64,000 nucleotides of DNA from an uncultured Monoglobus sp. (GCA_947585115.1 CANPWW010000002.1:9875-73874); one strand, 5' to 3'; shown: positions 27,935 through 37,114, counted from the stretch's first letter. A program made the numbers and translations. The notes: generated by a model from the sequence alone, not told the origin.

Positions 27935-28202
27935 AGTCAGATTTTCAACCAAATTTAAAAAAGATTATAAACTTGCGGTCGTTAAACGCGGCTATGACCA
28001 AAATCTCTTTAGAGAAGTTGTTATGCTGCTGCGAGATCAAACTCCCCTGCCGCAAAAATATCGTGATCACGCTTTAAAAGGCGAATACATCGGACATCGG
28101 GAATGTCATATAACTCCCGATTGGCTGTTGATCTATAAAATCGAACAGGATATATTGACGCTTACTTTGACGCGTACCGGAACGCACAGCGACTTGTTTT
28201 AA
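27927..28202 (+). CDS. yafQ: YafQ family mRNA interferase toxin
   Basis: YRDHALKG, RECHITPDWLLIY, RTGTHSDLF; overlaps the antitoxin stop. Confidence 0.95.
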   Translation: MLKVRFSTKFKKDYKLAVVKRGYDQNLFREVVMLLRDQTPLPQKYRDHALKGEYIGHRECHITPDWLLIYKIEQDILTLTLTRTGTHSDLF

Positions 28203-28208
28203 CGCTCA

Positions 28209-28270
28209 TCTGCTCCCATGAAATTATTGCAGATCTGCGCCTTGCGCGGAAGGCGCGGCGGTGATATAAT
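28209..28270 (+). promoter_or_regulatory. PL9 promoter with TCTGC-N20-TCTGC upstream element
   Basis: TTGCGC-N17-TATAAT; the upstream 33-mer matches 44553-44585 at 23 positions. Confidence 0.55.
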
Positions 28271-28307
28271 TTAATTTGGAAATAAATAATATCGGGGAGA
28301 TGTATTT

Positions 28308-30548
28308 ATGAAACGTCTGTTTTTAATAGCAATTCTGTGTATCGCGCTGATCGTTCCGGCGCTGCCCGCTGCGGCGTATCCGCCCGACTCGGAATATAAC
28401 GTGTCGGACATGGCGTCCGCCAACATAACCGAGGAAACGCCAATGGGCGGTTTCACGATAATTCCGGCCACCGACGGCGGCGAGGCCGTCATGATCGACG
28501 GCAGCAAAAAGACCGGCTCGGTGACAAAGATCAAGTACACCAAGCGCCTCAAGACCGGCGCGACCGGCAGCTACGCCAACCGCGCCGTGCGCTTCTCGAC
28601 CGATGGCCCCGCGGTGCTTTATCTCGACTGCGGCTCGGCCAACAACGATAACAGCCGCACCGGCAAGATCATCGACAGCAATAACAATATTATTGAGTCG
28701 CAGGAAGTCAAACCCGGCATGGCGTACTACAAGTTTTTTGTGCAGGAGGCCGGAGACTACGCCTTTGTCAGCGAGGGCGGCGGAATCAACATATATTATC
28801 TGAAGCTGTCCTACGACCTGCCCGAGCCCGAGCCTGATTTTGAGGACTTAAAGCCCGTGACGGGCGAGCAGCTGAGCGAGATATACACCGCGCCGCTGGC
28901 GCCCGCAAACGGCAAGGGTACCAAGGATGAGCCGATGAGCGTGGCCTCGGCAATCGCCAACATCGCGTCCGGCGGAGTTATATATTGCGAGGGCAGATAT
29001 ATGTTTAACGACTGCCTCACCATACCTTTCGGCAACAACGGCGCGGAGGGCGCCGAAAAGCGCATCGAGTGCCCCGACGGAACTGTGTTTGACTTTTCCT
29101 ATGAGCCCTACGGCGGCAACGGCAGCGCCCGCGGCCTGCAGATGGACGGCAATTACTGGCACATCAAGGGGCTTAATGTATACATGGCGGCGGACAACGG
29201 CTTTTACGTGACGGGCAAGCACAACACCCTTGAGCTGTGCCGCGCCGAAGCCAACCGCGACACCGGAATACAGATCAGCCGCCGCTCTTCGGATCAGTCG
29301 AATTTTGGCGACTGGCCCAGCGACAATCTGATACTGAACTGCACGTCTTACAACAGCTTTGACCCGGACACGGGCGAGAACGCCGACGGCTTTGCCGCCA
29401 AGCTGACCTGCGGAAACGGCAACGTGTTTGACGGCTGCATCGCCTACAACAACTGTGACGACGGCTGGGACTGCTTTACCAAATCGGCCACGGGCCCGAT
29501 CGGAACCCTCGTGTTCCGCAACTGCGTGTCGTTCCGCAACGGACAGACCACCGACGGCGCTTTCACCGACAACAGCGACGGCAACGGCTTTAAGATGGGC
29601 GGCTCGAAAATAGCGGTCACCCACTACATGTACAACTGCATCTCGTTCGAAAACGCCAACCACGGCTTTACCGACAACTCGAACCCAGGCCCGATATATC
29701 TTTATAACTGCACCGCTTTTAACAACTCGCTCAAAGGCGGCACCAAAAAAAGCAATTTTGACTTCGCCAGAGACAGCGAAAATTCAAACAACACGATCGA
29801 AAACTGCCTGTCCTACACATCGCAGAAGATAGCGGCGGACAAGTTTTTGGGCACGATAAAGAACTCGGTCGTGTACAACAACAGCAAGGGCCTGTATTAC
29901 TACTATGAGGACTTTCCGCCGATCACCAACTGGAACGACAAGCTGGGCGAAGTCCTGCCCTCGTACACTATGGACACCGTCTCGGAATCAACGTTTGTTT
30001 CGGTCGAGACTCCGACTCTCGGCGCCGACGTTCACAAGCTCTGGAGAAACGAGGACGGCTCGATAAATCTGGGCGATTTTCTTAAAACAGCCGAGGGCAC
30101 GGCGTTCCGCGAGAAAAACATAGGCGCCGACCTCTCAAGCGCGCCGATCGATTATCCGACCGCGCCGCCCGAGCCGGGCGCCACGGCTGCCCCCACAGCG
30201 GAGCCGAGCGCCACGGAAACTCCCGCACCGGTGCCGGGCGCAAAATATGTTCTCGCTGCCGCTGCCGACGACGAGGCCGAAGGCATGTTCAACGTGCGTT
30301 TTGAAAACAATACAGGCGCGCAGATCGAGCCGTACATAGCGGCCGCCGCGTATAAGATAATAGACGGAAACGAGCTGCTTGTGGATTTTGAGGATGAGAT
30401 GATAACCGCCGACGGCGGCGCTGAGAATTTTAACATATCATTAAGCGGCGCCGCGAAAAACGGAGACTTTGACATAATCAGGATATTCGCTCTGAAAAAT
30501 TACGAAAATCCGATACCGCTCACCGACTGCGTAGAAATAAACAAATAA
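28308..30548 (+). CDS. Secreted PL9 pectate lyase with CBM77-like module, P/T/A linker and C-terminal module
   Basis: Signal peptide; ENADGFAAKL, DDGWD, GNGFKMGG, HGFTDN. Confidence 0.88.
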   Translation: MKRLFLIAILCIALIVPALPAAAYPPDSEYNVSDMASANITEETPMGGFTIIPATDGGEAVMIDGSKKTGSVTKIKYTKRLKTGATGSYANRAVRFSTDGPAVLYLDCGSANNDNSRTGKIIDSNNNIIESQEVKPGMAYYKFFVQEAGDYAFVSEGGGINIYYLKLSYDLPEPEPDFEDLKPVTGEQLSEIYTAPLAPANGKGTKDEPMSVASAIANIASGGVIYCEGRYMFNDCLTIPFGNNGAEGAEKRIECPDGTVFDFSYEPYGGNGSARGLQMDGNYWHIKGLNVYMAADNGFYVTGKHNTLELCRAEANRDTGIQISRRSSDQSNFGDWPSDNLILNCTSYNSFDPDTGENADGFAAKLTCGNGNVFDGCIAYNNCDDGWDCFTKSATGPIGTLVFRNCVSFRNGQTTDGAFTDNSDGNGFKMGGSKIAVTHYMYNCISFENANHGFTDNSNPGPIYLYNCTAFNNSLKGGTKKSNFDFARDSENSNNTIENCLSYTSQKIAADKFLGTIKNSVVYNNSKGLYYYYEDFPPITNWNDKLGEVLPSYTMDTVSESTFVSVETPTLGADVHKLWRNEDGSINLGDFLKTAEGTAFREKNIGADLSSAPIDYPTAPPEPGATAAPTAEPSATETPAPVPGAKYVLAAAADDEAEGMFNVRFENNTGAQIEPYIAAAAYKIIDGNELLVDFEDEMITADGGAENFNISLSGAAKNGDFDIIRIFALKNYENPIPLTDCVEINK

Positions 30549-30551
30549 TAC

Positions 30552-30590
30552 AAAAGGCATACCGAAAAAATCGGTATGCCGTTTTTGTTT
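30552..30590. terminator. Bidirectional terminator
   Basis: ggcataccga/tcggtatgcc flanked by A- and T-runs. Confidence 0.75.
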
Positions 30591-30595
30591 TGTGA

Positions 30596-31051
30596 TTATT
30601 TTTCCAATATCTTTTTGGCGGTCTCGGCGTCTTTGATGTCTATCAGGCATGATATCTCGGTCTCGGCTGTGGTTATCAGCTTGACCCTTATATCCTCCTC
30701 CGCCAAAAGCGCGAACAGCTGCGCCGCAACACCCGCCTCGCTGCGCATTCCCTCGCCGCTGAGCAGGATCTTGGTGTTGTTGCCGTTTATGTCGGCCGAA
30801 ACCTTGGGCGACAGCGACTTGAACTTGCCCGTGAGACCGATTACCGCCGCCAGATCGTCCTCCGACAAAGTAAACGACAGGTTGATGCTGTCCTTATAGG
30901 GCGCGGTCTGGCTTATCATGTCGATACTTATGCCGTTCTCGGCGATTATTTCCAAAATGCGCGCCACGCTGCTCGGGTCGTTGGGAACGTTGTTGAGCGT
31001 CACTATCGCGATGCCCGAAAAAAATTTAATATCTGTGATGGTTTTTATCAT
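30596..31051 (-). CDS. Stand-alone double-ACT protein (aspartokinase regulatory-domain-like)
   Basis: GISIDMISQ, GEGMRSEAGVAAQLF, LITTAETEISCLI. Confidence 0.8.
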   Translation of the reverse strand: MIKTITDIKFFSGIAIVTLNNVPNDPSSVARILEIIAENGISIDMISQTAPYKDSINLSFTLSEDDLAAVIGLTGKFKSLSPKVSADINGNNTKILLSGEGMRSEAGVAAQLFALLAEEDIRVKLITTAETEISCLIDIKDAETAKKILEK

Positions 31052-31071
31052 AATATAACCTCCTGCTCGGA

Positions 31072-31830
31072 TTAAGAGTTTTTGATCAGATCCTTCATGC
31101 TGTACATGCCGGCGGGCTTGCCCTTCATAAAGGCCGCCGCCTTGACGGCTCCCACCGCGAACACTTCTTTTGAGGCTGCCGAGTGCTTGAGCTCGATCAC
31201 CTCGTCGGTGCCCGCGAATATCACGTCGTGCTCGCCGACAATTGTTCCGCCGCGCACCGCGTGGAGGCCGATCTCGGTCTTGCCTCTCTTTTGGCGAACC
31301 GAATGGCGGTCGTAGACATACTCGGGGCTCATGCTCACTGATTCGGATATCGCGTCGGCTATCGCCAGAGCCGTGCCGCTGGGCGCGTCAAGCTTCTGGT
31401 TGTGGTGCTTTTCTATGATCTCGATATCAAAGTTATTTTCAAGCAGCCGCGCCGCCTTGCAGGCCAAGTCGATCAGAAGATTGATGCCGATCGACATGTT
31501 CGCCGAAAAGAATATGGGCGCCGACTTTGCGGCCTCGGCCATTTTGGCCTTCTGCTCGTCGCTGAGACCCGTGGTGCAGATGACCGCGGGAGTGTTTGTG
31601 CTGACCGCGCAGTCAATTATCCCGTCAAACGCCGACGGGTGTGAAAAGTCGATGATAACGTCAAATTCCTCTTTGACCTCGCCGGGTTTCGCGTAAACCG
31701 GGAACTTTTCGCTGCCGTCGGTATGTATGTCGCATCCGGCAGTGATCTCAACGCCGGAGGTTTTCTCGCAGACTCTCGCCACAGCTTTTCCCATGTGGCC
31801 GCCCGCTCCGCTAAGTAAAATCTTTGTCAT
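31072..31830 (-). CDS. dapB: 4-hydroxy-tetrahydrodipicolinate reductase
   Basis: GAGGHMG, IDFS, CTTG, EKHHNQKLDAPSGTA. Confidence 0.96.
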   Translation of the reverse strand: MTKILLSGAGGHMGKAVARVCEKTSGVEITAGCDIHTDGSEKFPVYAKPGEVKEEFDVIIDFSHPSAFDGIIDCAVSTNTPAVICTTGLSDEQKAKMAEAAKSAPIFFSANMSIGINLLIDLACKAARLLENNFDIEIIEKHHNQKLDAPSGTALAIADAISESVSMSPEYVYDRHSVRQKRGKTEIGLHAVRGGTIVGEHDVIFAGTDEVIELKHSAASKEVFAVGAVKAAAFMKGKPAGMYSMKDLIKNS

Positions 31831-31847
31831 TTGTATCACCCCGGGAA

Positions 31848-32741
31848 TTAATTTAATTTGCAGCTGACGCCCATGCTCTTGAGCGCGTCCTCAAGAACCG
31901 CCTTGTTGTCGTCCTCCATGTCGCAGAGCGGCATTCTGAGGGGTCCCGCGCCGTAGCCCAGCATGTTCATGGCCGTCTTTATCGGGATCGGATTTACCTC
32001 TATGAACAGCTTGTGTATCAGATCAAGATGCTTTAAAAACAGCTCTCTGGATTTTTCGAGCTCGCCGCCCTCGAACAGGGCGCATATGTCGTGGGTCTCC
32101 TTGGGCAGGATATTGGCGAGGACCGAAATAACGCCCTTGCCTCCGAGCGACATGACCGGAACGATTATATCGTCGTTGCCCGCGTAGATGTTGAGGTCGG
32201 TCTCGGCGGCCACCTCGGCCACAAACGCCAAATCGCCCGTGGCTTCCTTGATGGCGTTGACGTTGGGCAGCTGCGCCAGCTTTTTGAGCGTCTCGATCTT
32301 GAATCCGAGGCCGCCCGTTCTGCTCGGGATATTGTAAAGTATTATCGGGAGCTTAACGCTTTCGGCGATCAGCTTTATGTGCTCGTAAAGTCCCTTTTGG
32401 GTCGTTTTGTTATAATACGGAGTGACGATAAGAAGTCCGTCGGCTCCAACGCTCTCGGCGTATTTGCTCAGCTCGACCGCGTGAGCCGTGTCGTTGCTGC
32501 CGGTGCCGGCGATAACCGGGATCCTGCCCGCGGCCTTCTCGACCGTGTAGCGGATGACCTCTTTGTGCTCATCGTCGGGCATGGTGGCCGACTCGCCCGT
32601 GGTGCCGCACACGATGATCGCGTCGGTCCCAAGAGCGATGTGCATCTCTATCAGCTCGCCCATCTTGTCGTAATTAACTCCGTTTTCGGTGAACGGCGTG
32701 ATTATCGCCACGCCGCTGCCGGTGAAAATAGGCTCTTTCAT
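31848..32741 (-). CDS. dapA: 4-hydroxy-tetrahydrodipicolinate synthase
   Basis: GTTGE, TPYYNK, LYNIPSRT, AIKEA, NPIPIK. Confidence 0.97.
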   Translation of the reverse strand: MKEPIFTGSGVAIITPFTENGVNYDKMGELIEMHIALGTDAIIVCGTTGESATMPDDEHKEVIRYTVEKAAGRIPVIAGTGSNDTAHAVELSKYAESVGADGLLIVTPYYNKTTQKGLYEHIKLIAESVKLPIILYNIPSRTGGLGFKIETLKKLAQLPNVNAIKEATGDLAFVAEVAAETDLNIYAGNDDIIVPVMSLGGKGVISVLANILPKETHDICALFEGGELEKSRELFLKHLDLIHKLFIEVNPIPIKTAMNMLGYGAGPLRMPLCDMEDDNKAVLEDALKSMGVSCKLN

Positions 32742-32774
32742 ATACGAAAATCCTTTCTTATATTATATAATATA

Positions 32775-33875
32775 TCAGTCCAAATAACCTTTGGCTGCAA
32801 GCAGCTCCGCCATGAGCACCGCTCCGCCGGCCGCGCCGCGCAGAGTGTTGTGGCTCATCGAGACCATCTTGTAGTCATACTGCGCCGACTCTCTCAGTCT
32901 GCCGCAGGATACGGCCATTCCGCCGTCTATCTCGCGCGCCTCTTTGATCTGAGGCATATCGGGATTATCTTTCTCCGTGTACACATATATGAAGTGCTTG
33001 GGAGCGTGGGGCAGTTTAAGCTTCTGCGGCTCGCCCTCAAACTCTCTCCACATGTTCTCGATCTCCTCGACCGAGGGCTTGTTTGCGCTGTCTTTGAAGC
33101 TGAAGAATATCGCGGCCGTGTGACCGTCCGAAACCGGAACTCTGTAGGTCTGGCACTCGATGCTCAGCTTGTCGGAGGGCACTATCTCGCCGTCCTTGAT
33201 CTCGCCCAGTATCTTGTTGGGCTCGACCTCGGACTTCATTTCCTCTCCGCCGATATAGGGAATAAGATTGTCGACCATCTCGGGCCAGCTCTCAAACGTC
33301 TTGCCCGCGCCCGATATCGCCTGATAGGTGGTGACGAGCGCCTTGTCGATCGGATACTTTTGGTTTATGACCGCCAGAGCGGGCAGGTACGACTGCAGCG
33401 AGCAGTTGGACTTGACCGCGATAAAGCCGCGCTTGGTACCCAGACGCTTTTTCTGCGCCTCTATTATCTCAAGGTGCCGCGGATTGATCTCGGGAATGAT
33501 CATCGGCACGTCGGGAGTGTGGCGGTGAGCCGAGTTGTTTGAAACAACCGGGCACTCGGCCTTGGCGTATTTTTCCTCAAGCGCCTTGATCTCGTCCTTT
33601 TTCATATCGACCGCGCAGAACACGAAGTCGACCTGCCCGGCGATCTTTTCAACGTCCGCCGCCGCGTCATAAACGACCATGTCGCGCACCGACTCGGGAA
33701 TGTCAACGGGCATTGACCAGCGTTTTCCGACCGCCTCGGTATACTTTTTGCCGGCGCTTCTCGGCGAGGCGGCCAGCAGCTTTATATTAAACCAGGGATG
33801 GTTATAAAGCAGGGTGATGAACCGCTGTCCCACCATTCCCGTGGCTCCGATAATTCCAACGTTAAACTGTTTCAA
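32775..33875 (-). CDS. asd: Aspartate-semialdehyde dehydrogenase
   Basis: [32 protein letters not shown]. Confidence 0.96.
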   Translation of the reverse strand: MKQFNVGIIGATGMVGQRFITLLYNHPWFNIKLLAASPRSAGKKYTEAVGKRWSMPVDIPESVRDMVVYDAAADVEKIAGQVDFVFCAVDMKKDEIKALEEKYAKAECPVVSNNSAHRHTPDVPMIIPEINPRHLEIIEAQKKRLGTKRGFIAVKSNCSLQSYLPALAVINQKYPIDKALVTTYQAISGAGKTFESWPEMVDNLIPYIGGEEMKSEVEPNKILGEIKDGEIVPSDKLSIECQTYRVPVSDGHTAAIFFSFKDSANKPSVEEIENMWREFEGEPQKLKLPHAPKHFIYVYTEKDNPDMPQIKEAREIDGGMAVSCGRLRESAQYDYKMVSMSHNTLRGAAGGAVLMAELLAAKGYLD

Positions 33876-34058
33876 AACTTATATTCCTCCTTGAATCATT
33901 CGTATATATAATTATATGACATTATCCTTATTATGTCAAATGGTTTTTTCGCCTCGGGTGTAAATTTTTGAGAGCCCGCGGGCGCGGTTTTTATACATTA
34001 TATTGTAAAGCGGTACTCGCGGCGCGGAAAAATATTGCAAAATTTTTTTAAAAAACTC

Positions 34059-34087
34059 TTGCAATCTTTAAAATATAGTGGTATAAT
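34059..34087 (+). promoter_or_regulatory. rpsT promoter
   Basis: TTGCAA-N17-TATAAT with TG extension. Confidence 0.75.
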
Positions 34088-34137
34088 ACCAGTTACTGAT
34101 GTAAAAATCAAATTGAAATTTGTCTGGAGGTGAAAAA

Positions 34138-34398
34138 ATGCCTAACATTAAATCAGCTAAAAAAAGAGTTAAGGTTATCGCGACAAAGACTCTCAGAAAT
34201 AAAATGAACAAGTCTCAGCTCAAGACCGCTGTCAAGAAGTTTGAGGATTCTTTGAAGCAGGGCAAGGACGCTGCCTCCGAAGCTTATAAAGCGGTTGTTA
34301 AAAAGACTGACCAGGCCGTGGCAAAGGGTATTCTGCACAAGAACACCGCCGCCCGCAGAAAGAGTCAGTACGCAAACATGATGAACAAGCTCTCGTAG
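34138..34398 (+). CDS. rpsT: 30S ribosomal protein S20
   Basis: MPNIKSAKKR...GILHKNTAARRKS. Confidence 0.97.
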   Translation: MPNIKSAKKRVKVIATKTLRNKMNKSQLKTAVKKFEDSLKQGKDAASEAYKAVVKKTDQAVAKGILHKNTAARRKSQYANMMNKLS

Positions 34399-34505
34399 CT
34401 TAAACCCCGGCGGCGGGGCAAACGCCGCGAATAATTCGACTTCACGCCCGCGCCGCAAGGAGCGCGGCACCTGACACTTGAAGTCATCACAAACTCTACA
34501 AACAC

Positions 34506-34530
34506 GGAGCAGCGCCGCTGCTCTTTTTTC
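34506..34530 (+). terminator. Terminator ~110 nt downstream of rpsT
   Basis: gagcagcg/cgctgctc plus tttttt. Confidence 0.7.
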
Positions 34531-34534
34531 TTTC

Positions 34535-34660
34535 ATAAAACCATTGAAATATTTATCGCCGCCCCACTCAGGCTCCCCTTCATTTATAAGGGGGAGCTGG
34601 CCGCGGAGCGGACTGAGGGGGAGTATTTTTTCTTATATAAAACCATTGAAATATTTATCG
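34535..34660. repeat. REP-like element flanked by a perfect 24-bp direct repeat
   Basis: ataaaaccattgaaatatttatcg at 34535-34558 and 34637-34660; palindromic element at 34571-34623. Confidence 0.8.
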
Positions 34661-34706
34661 AATTATGTTATAATTATTATATATATTCTGAAACGGAGTG
34701 ATAAAT

Positions 34707-35228
34707 GTGAACGAAACCATTAAAACAATCATATCCCGCCGCAGTATCCGCAAGTTTAAACCCGACCCGATCGAGAAGGACAAGCTTGACGCGATCCTTG
34801 AGGCGGGGACCTACGCGCCGACCGCTATGGGCAGACAGGCGCCCGTTATGGTGGTCGTGACCGACCCCGAAATGATCGACAAAATGGAAAAGATCAACGC
34901 GGGCTTCACCGCGAACGAGCACCCGTTCTACGGCGCCAAAACCGTGATCGTGGTTCTGGCGGACACGCGCCTTTCGGGAAACAACGCGATGCAGGACGGC
35001 AGTCTTGTTATGGGCAACCTGATGCTGGCCGCGCACTCGCTGGGCGTCGACTCGTGCTGGATAAACCGCGCCACCGAGACTTTCAAAACTCCCGAGGGCA
35101 TCGAAATGCTCAAAAAATGGGGACTTGACGAGAACTTCGTCGGCGTCGGCAACTGCGTTCTGGGCTATCGCGACTGCGAATACCCGGAGCCCAAGCCCCG
35201 CAAGGAAAACTATATAATCCGGGATTAA
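34707..35228 (+). CDS. Nitroreductase family protein
   Basis: RRSIRKF, APTAMGRQ, LAAHSLGVDSCWI; GTG start after GGAG. Confidence 0.92.
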   Translation: MNETIKTIISRRSIRKFKPDPIEKDKLDAILEAGTYAPTAMGRQAPVMVVVTDPEMIDKMEKINAGFTANEHPFYGAKTVIVVLADTRLSGNNAMQDGSLVMGNLMLAAHSLGVDSCWINRATETFKTPEGIEMLKKWGLDENFVGVGNCVLGYRDCEYPEPKPRKENYIIRD

Positions 35229-35248
35229 AAACCTATGGAGGTTATGAT

Positions 35249-36052
35249 ATGAAATTAAAATTTATTTCTAAAACCGCCGCTATTGTTATGGCGGCGGCGG
35301 TGGCCGCAGCGTCTCTCAGCGGCTGCGGAGTTTCGAAGTCGGAATTCAACAGCCTGAAAGAGCGGGTCGCGGCTCTCGAGGATATGTACGGCACGGATAT
35401 TCCGAACACCGCGTCATCGGGATCCGGCAAAGCTTCAAAGGCCACCCCGAAACCCACAGAGCCGCCCGAGCGCGATGAGAAAAATTCCGACGACGACAAC
35501 AAGAGCAAAGAAAAATTTGACTCCGACACCGTGGGTGAGGATATTGATGTCATCGAGTATGATTACCTGGACGACGACGGCAAAAAGTTCGCGTTCTTCG
35601 TGTTTGACAACGACTCGGACTTTGACGTTGACGCCGATATTTCGATCGAGTGCAAAGACTCAAGTGATAAAAATCTCGGCAAGGACAGCAAGACGCTCAA
35701 AAATCTGGAAAGCGGCCAGCGCAGCTATGTCGGATTTGAGCTGGACAAGGACACGGATACGATCGTGCGCACCGTTGATTACAAGGAAAGTTCGCTGCGC
35801 GGCACGCATATAAGCGATATAGGCGCGAGAGCGTCAAGAGCGCAGGGCGGCGTTAATCTGACCGTCACCAACAACGGCGCCGACGATTCCGACGACCTTA
35901 AATATCTCGTGATATTTTTTGACGGCAGCAGCATGGTCGGCTTTGACTCAAACGATCTGCCGAACCTGAAAGCGGGCGAGAATATTACCCTGCCCTCGGT
36001 CTGCTACGACGATTTCGACCGCGCCGACGTGTTCATCGCAGTTACCGATTAA
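35249..36052 (+). CDS. Lipoprotein with short coiled coil and two beta-sandwich (FxLYD-like) domains
   Basis: Lipobox LSGC; acidic; two similar VxNxxD...NLxxG repeats. Confidence 0.7.
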   Translation: MKLKFISKTAAIVMAAAVAAASLSGCGVSKSEFNSLKERVAALEDMYGTDIPNTASSGSGKASKATPKPTEPPERDEKNSDDDNKSKEKFDSDTVGEDIDVIEYDYLDDDGKKFAFFVFDNDSDFDVDADISIECKDSSDKNLGKDSKTLKNLESGQRSYVGFELDKDTDTIVRTVDYKESSLRGTHISDIGARASRAQGGVNLTVTNNGADDSDDLKYLVIFFDGSSMVGFDSNDLPNLKAGENITLPSVCYDDFDRADVFIAVTD

Positions 36053-36065
36053 AAAGCAACATATC

Positions 36066-36093
36066 AAAAGGCTCCCGATATTGGGAGCCTTTT
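36066..36093. terminator. Bidirectional terminator
   Basis: aaaaggctccc/gggagcctttt. Confidence 0.8.
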
Positions 36094-36100
36094 GTTCGTC

Positions 36101-37114
36101 TTAATTCAAGCCGTTGGGGTTGTTTTTCTGCCAGTTCCAGGTGTCGCGGCACATATCCTCTATGGTGAGCTCGGCCTTCCAGCCCAGACAGCGCTCCGCC
36201 TTTGACGGGTCGGAGTAGCACTCGGGGATATCACCGGGACGGCGCGGCTGCATTTCATAATTCAAGTCGATATCGTTGACTTTGATAAAGCTCTTTACTA
36301 TATCGAGCACGCTGTAGCCCACGCCCGTGCCCAGGTTGAACGCCTCGGCGCCCTTGTGCGCTGCCGCGTAGTCTATAGCCTTGGCGTGACCCTTGGCGAG
36401 ATCGACAACATGGATATAGTCGCGGACGCAGGTGCCGTCGGGCGTCGGATAATCATTGCCGAAAATTCCCAGCTTTGGCAGCTTGCCGACCGCCACCTGT
36501 GAGATATAGGGCATCAGATTGTTGGGTATGCCGTCCGGGTCCTCGCCTATCCTGCCGCTCTTGTGCGCGCCGATGGGATTGAAGTATCTCAGCAGCACAA
36601 CGCTCAGCTCGGGATTGGCCGCGCAGGCGTCGGTCAGGATCTGCTCTATCATCAGCTTGGTCCTGCCGTAGGGGCTGCCGCTGGTGAGCGTCGGCATATC
36701 CTCGGTCAGCGGCATCTTGTCGGAATCGCCGTACACCGTGGCGGACGAGCTGAACACGAAGTTATTTACGCCGTGCTTTTCCATTGCCTCAAGCAGGGTC
36801 AGGGTCGAGTCGATATTGTTTCTGTAATACCTGAGCGGTATCTTGCAGCTCTCGCCCACCGCCTTTAAACCCGCGAAATGGATAACGCAGTCGATCTTGT
36901 TTTCAGAAAACAGCTTGTCCACGGCCTCTCCGTCGCAGACGTCGGCCTCGCAGAACACGAAATCCTTTCCGGTGATCTCTCTGATCCGGTTCAAAGCCTC
37001 GGGCTTGGAGTTTGAAAAGTTGTCGGCTATCACAACGCTGTGGCCCATGTCGAGCAGCTCGATCGCGGTATGCGAGCCGATATATCCAGCGCCGCCGGTT
37101 AAAAGTATATTCAT
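36101..37114 (-). CDS. galE: UDP-glucose 4-epimerase
   Basis: GGAGYIGS, HFAGLKAVGES, YGRTK, LRYFNPIGAH, RDYIHV. Confidence 0.97.
   Translation of the reverse strand: MNILLTGGAGYIGSHTAIELLDMGHSVVIADNFSNSKPEALNRIREITGKDFVFCEADVCDGEAVDKLFSENKIDCVIHFAGLKAVGESCKIPLRYYRNNIDSTLTLLEAMEKHGVNNFVFSSSATVYGDSDKMPLTEDMPTLTSGSPYGRTKLMIEQILTDACAANPELSVVLLRYFNPIGAHKSGRIGEDPDGIPNNLMPYISQVAVGKLPKLGIFGNDYPTPDGTCVRDYIHVVDLAKGHAKAIDYAAAHKGAEAFNLGTGVGYSVLDIVKSFIKVNDIDLNYEMQPRRPGDIPECYSDPSKAERCLGWKAELTIEDMCRDTWNWQKNNPNGLN

Noticed and set aside
32091-33542. 483-aa plus-strand ORF and other long antisense ORFs (13592-14593, 23447-24403, 60209-61246, 6775-7722)
   Set aside because: They are shadows of well-supported genes on the opposite strand, expected with GC-rich codon usage; no motifs or SD
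33876-34058. Lysine riboswitch before asd
   Set aside because: No recognisable aptamer and too little room after the likely promoter
34438-34485. SRP RNA or tRNA-Sec (GUCAGGU and GACUUCAA words)
   Set aside because: No GGAA/GAAG SRP loop with AGCAG, no cloverleaf or T-loop
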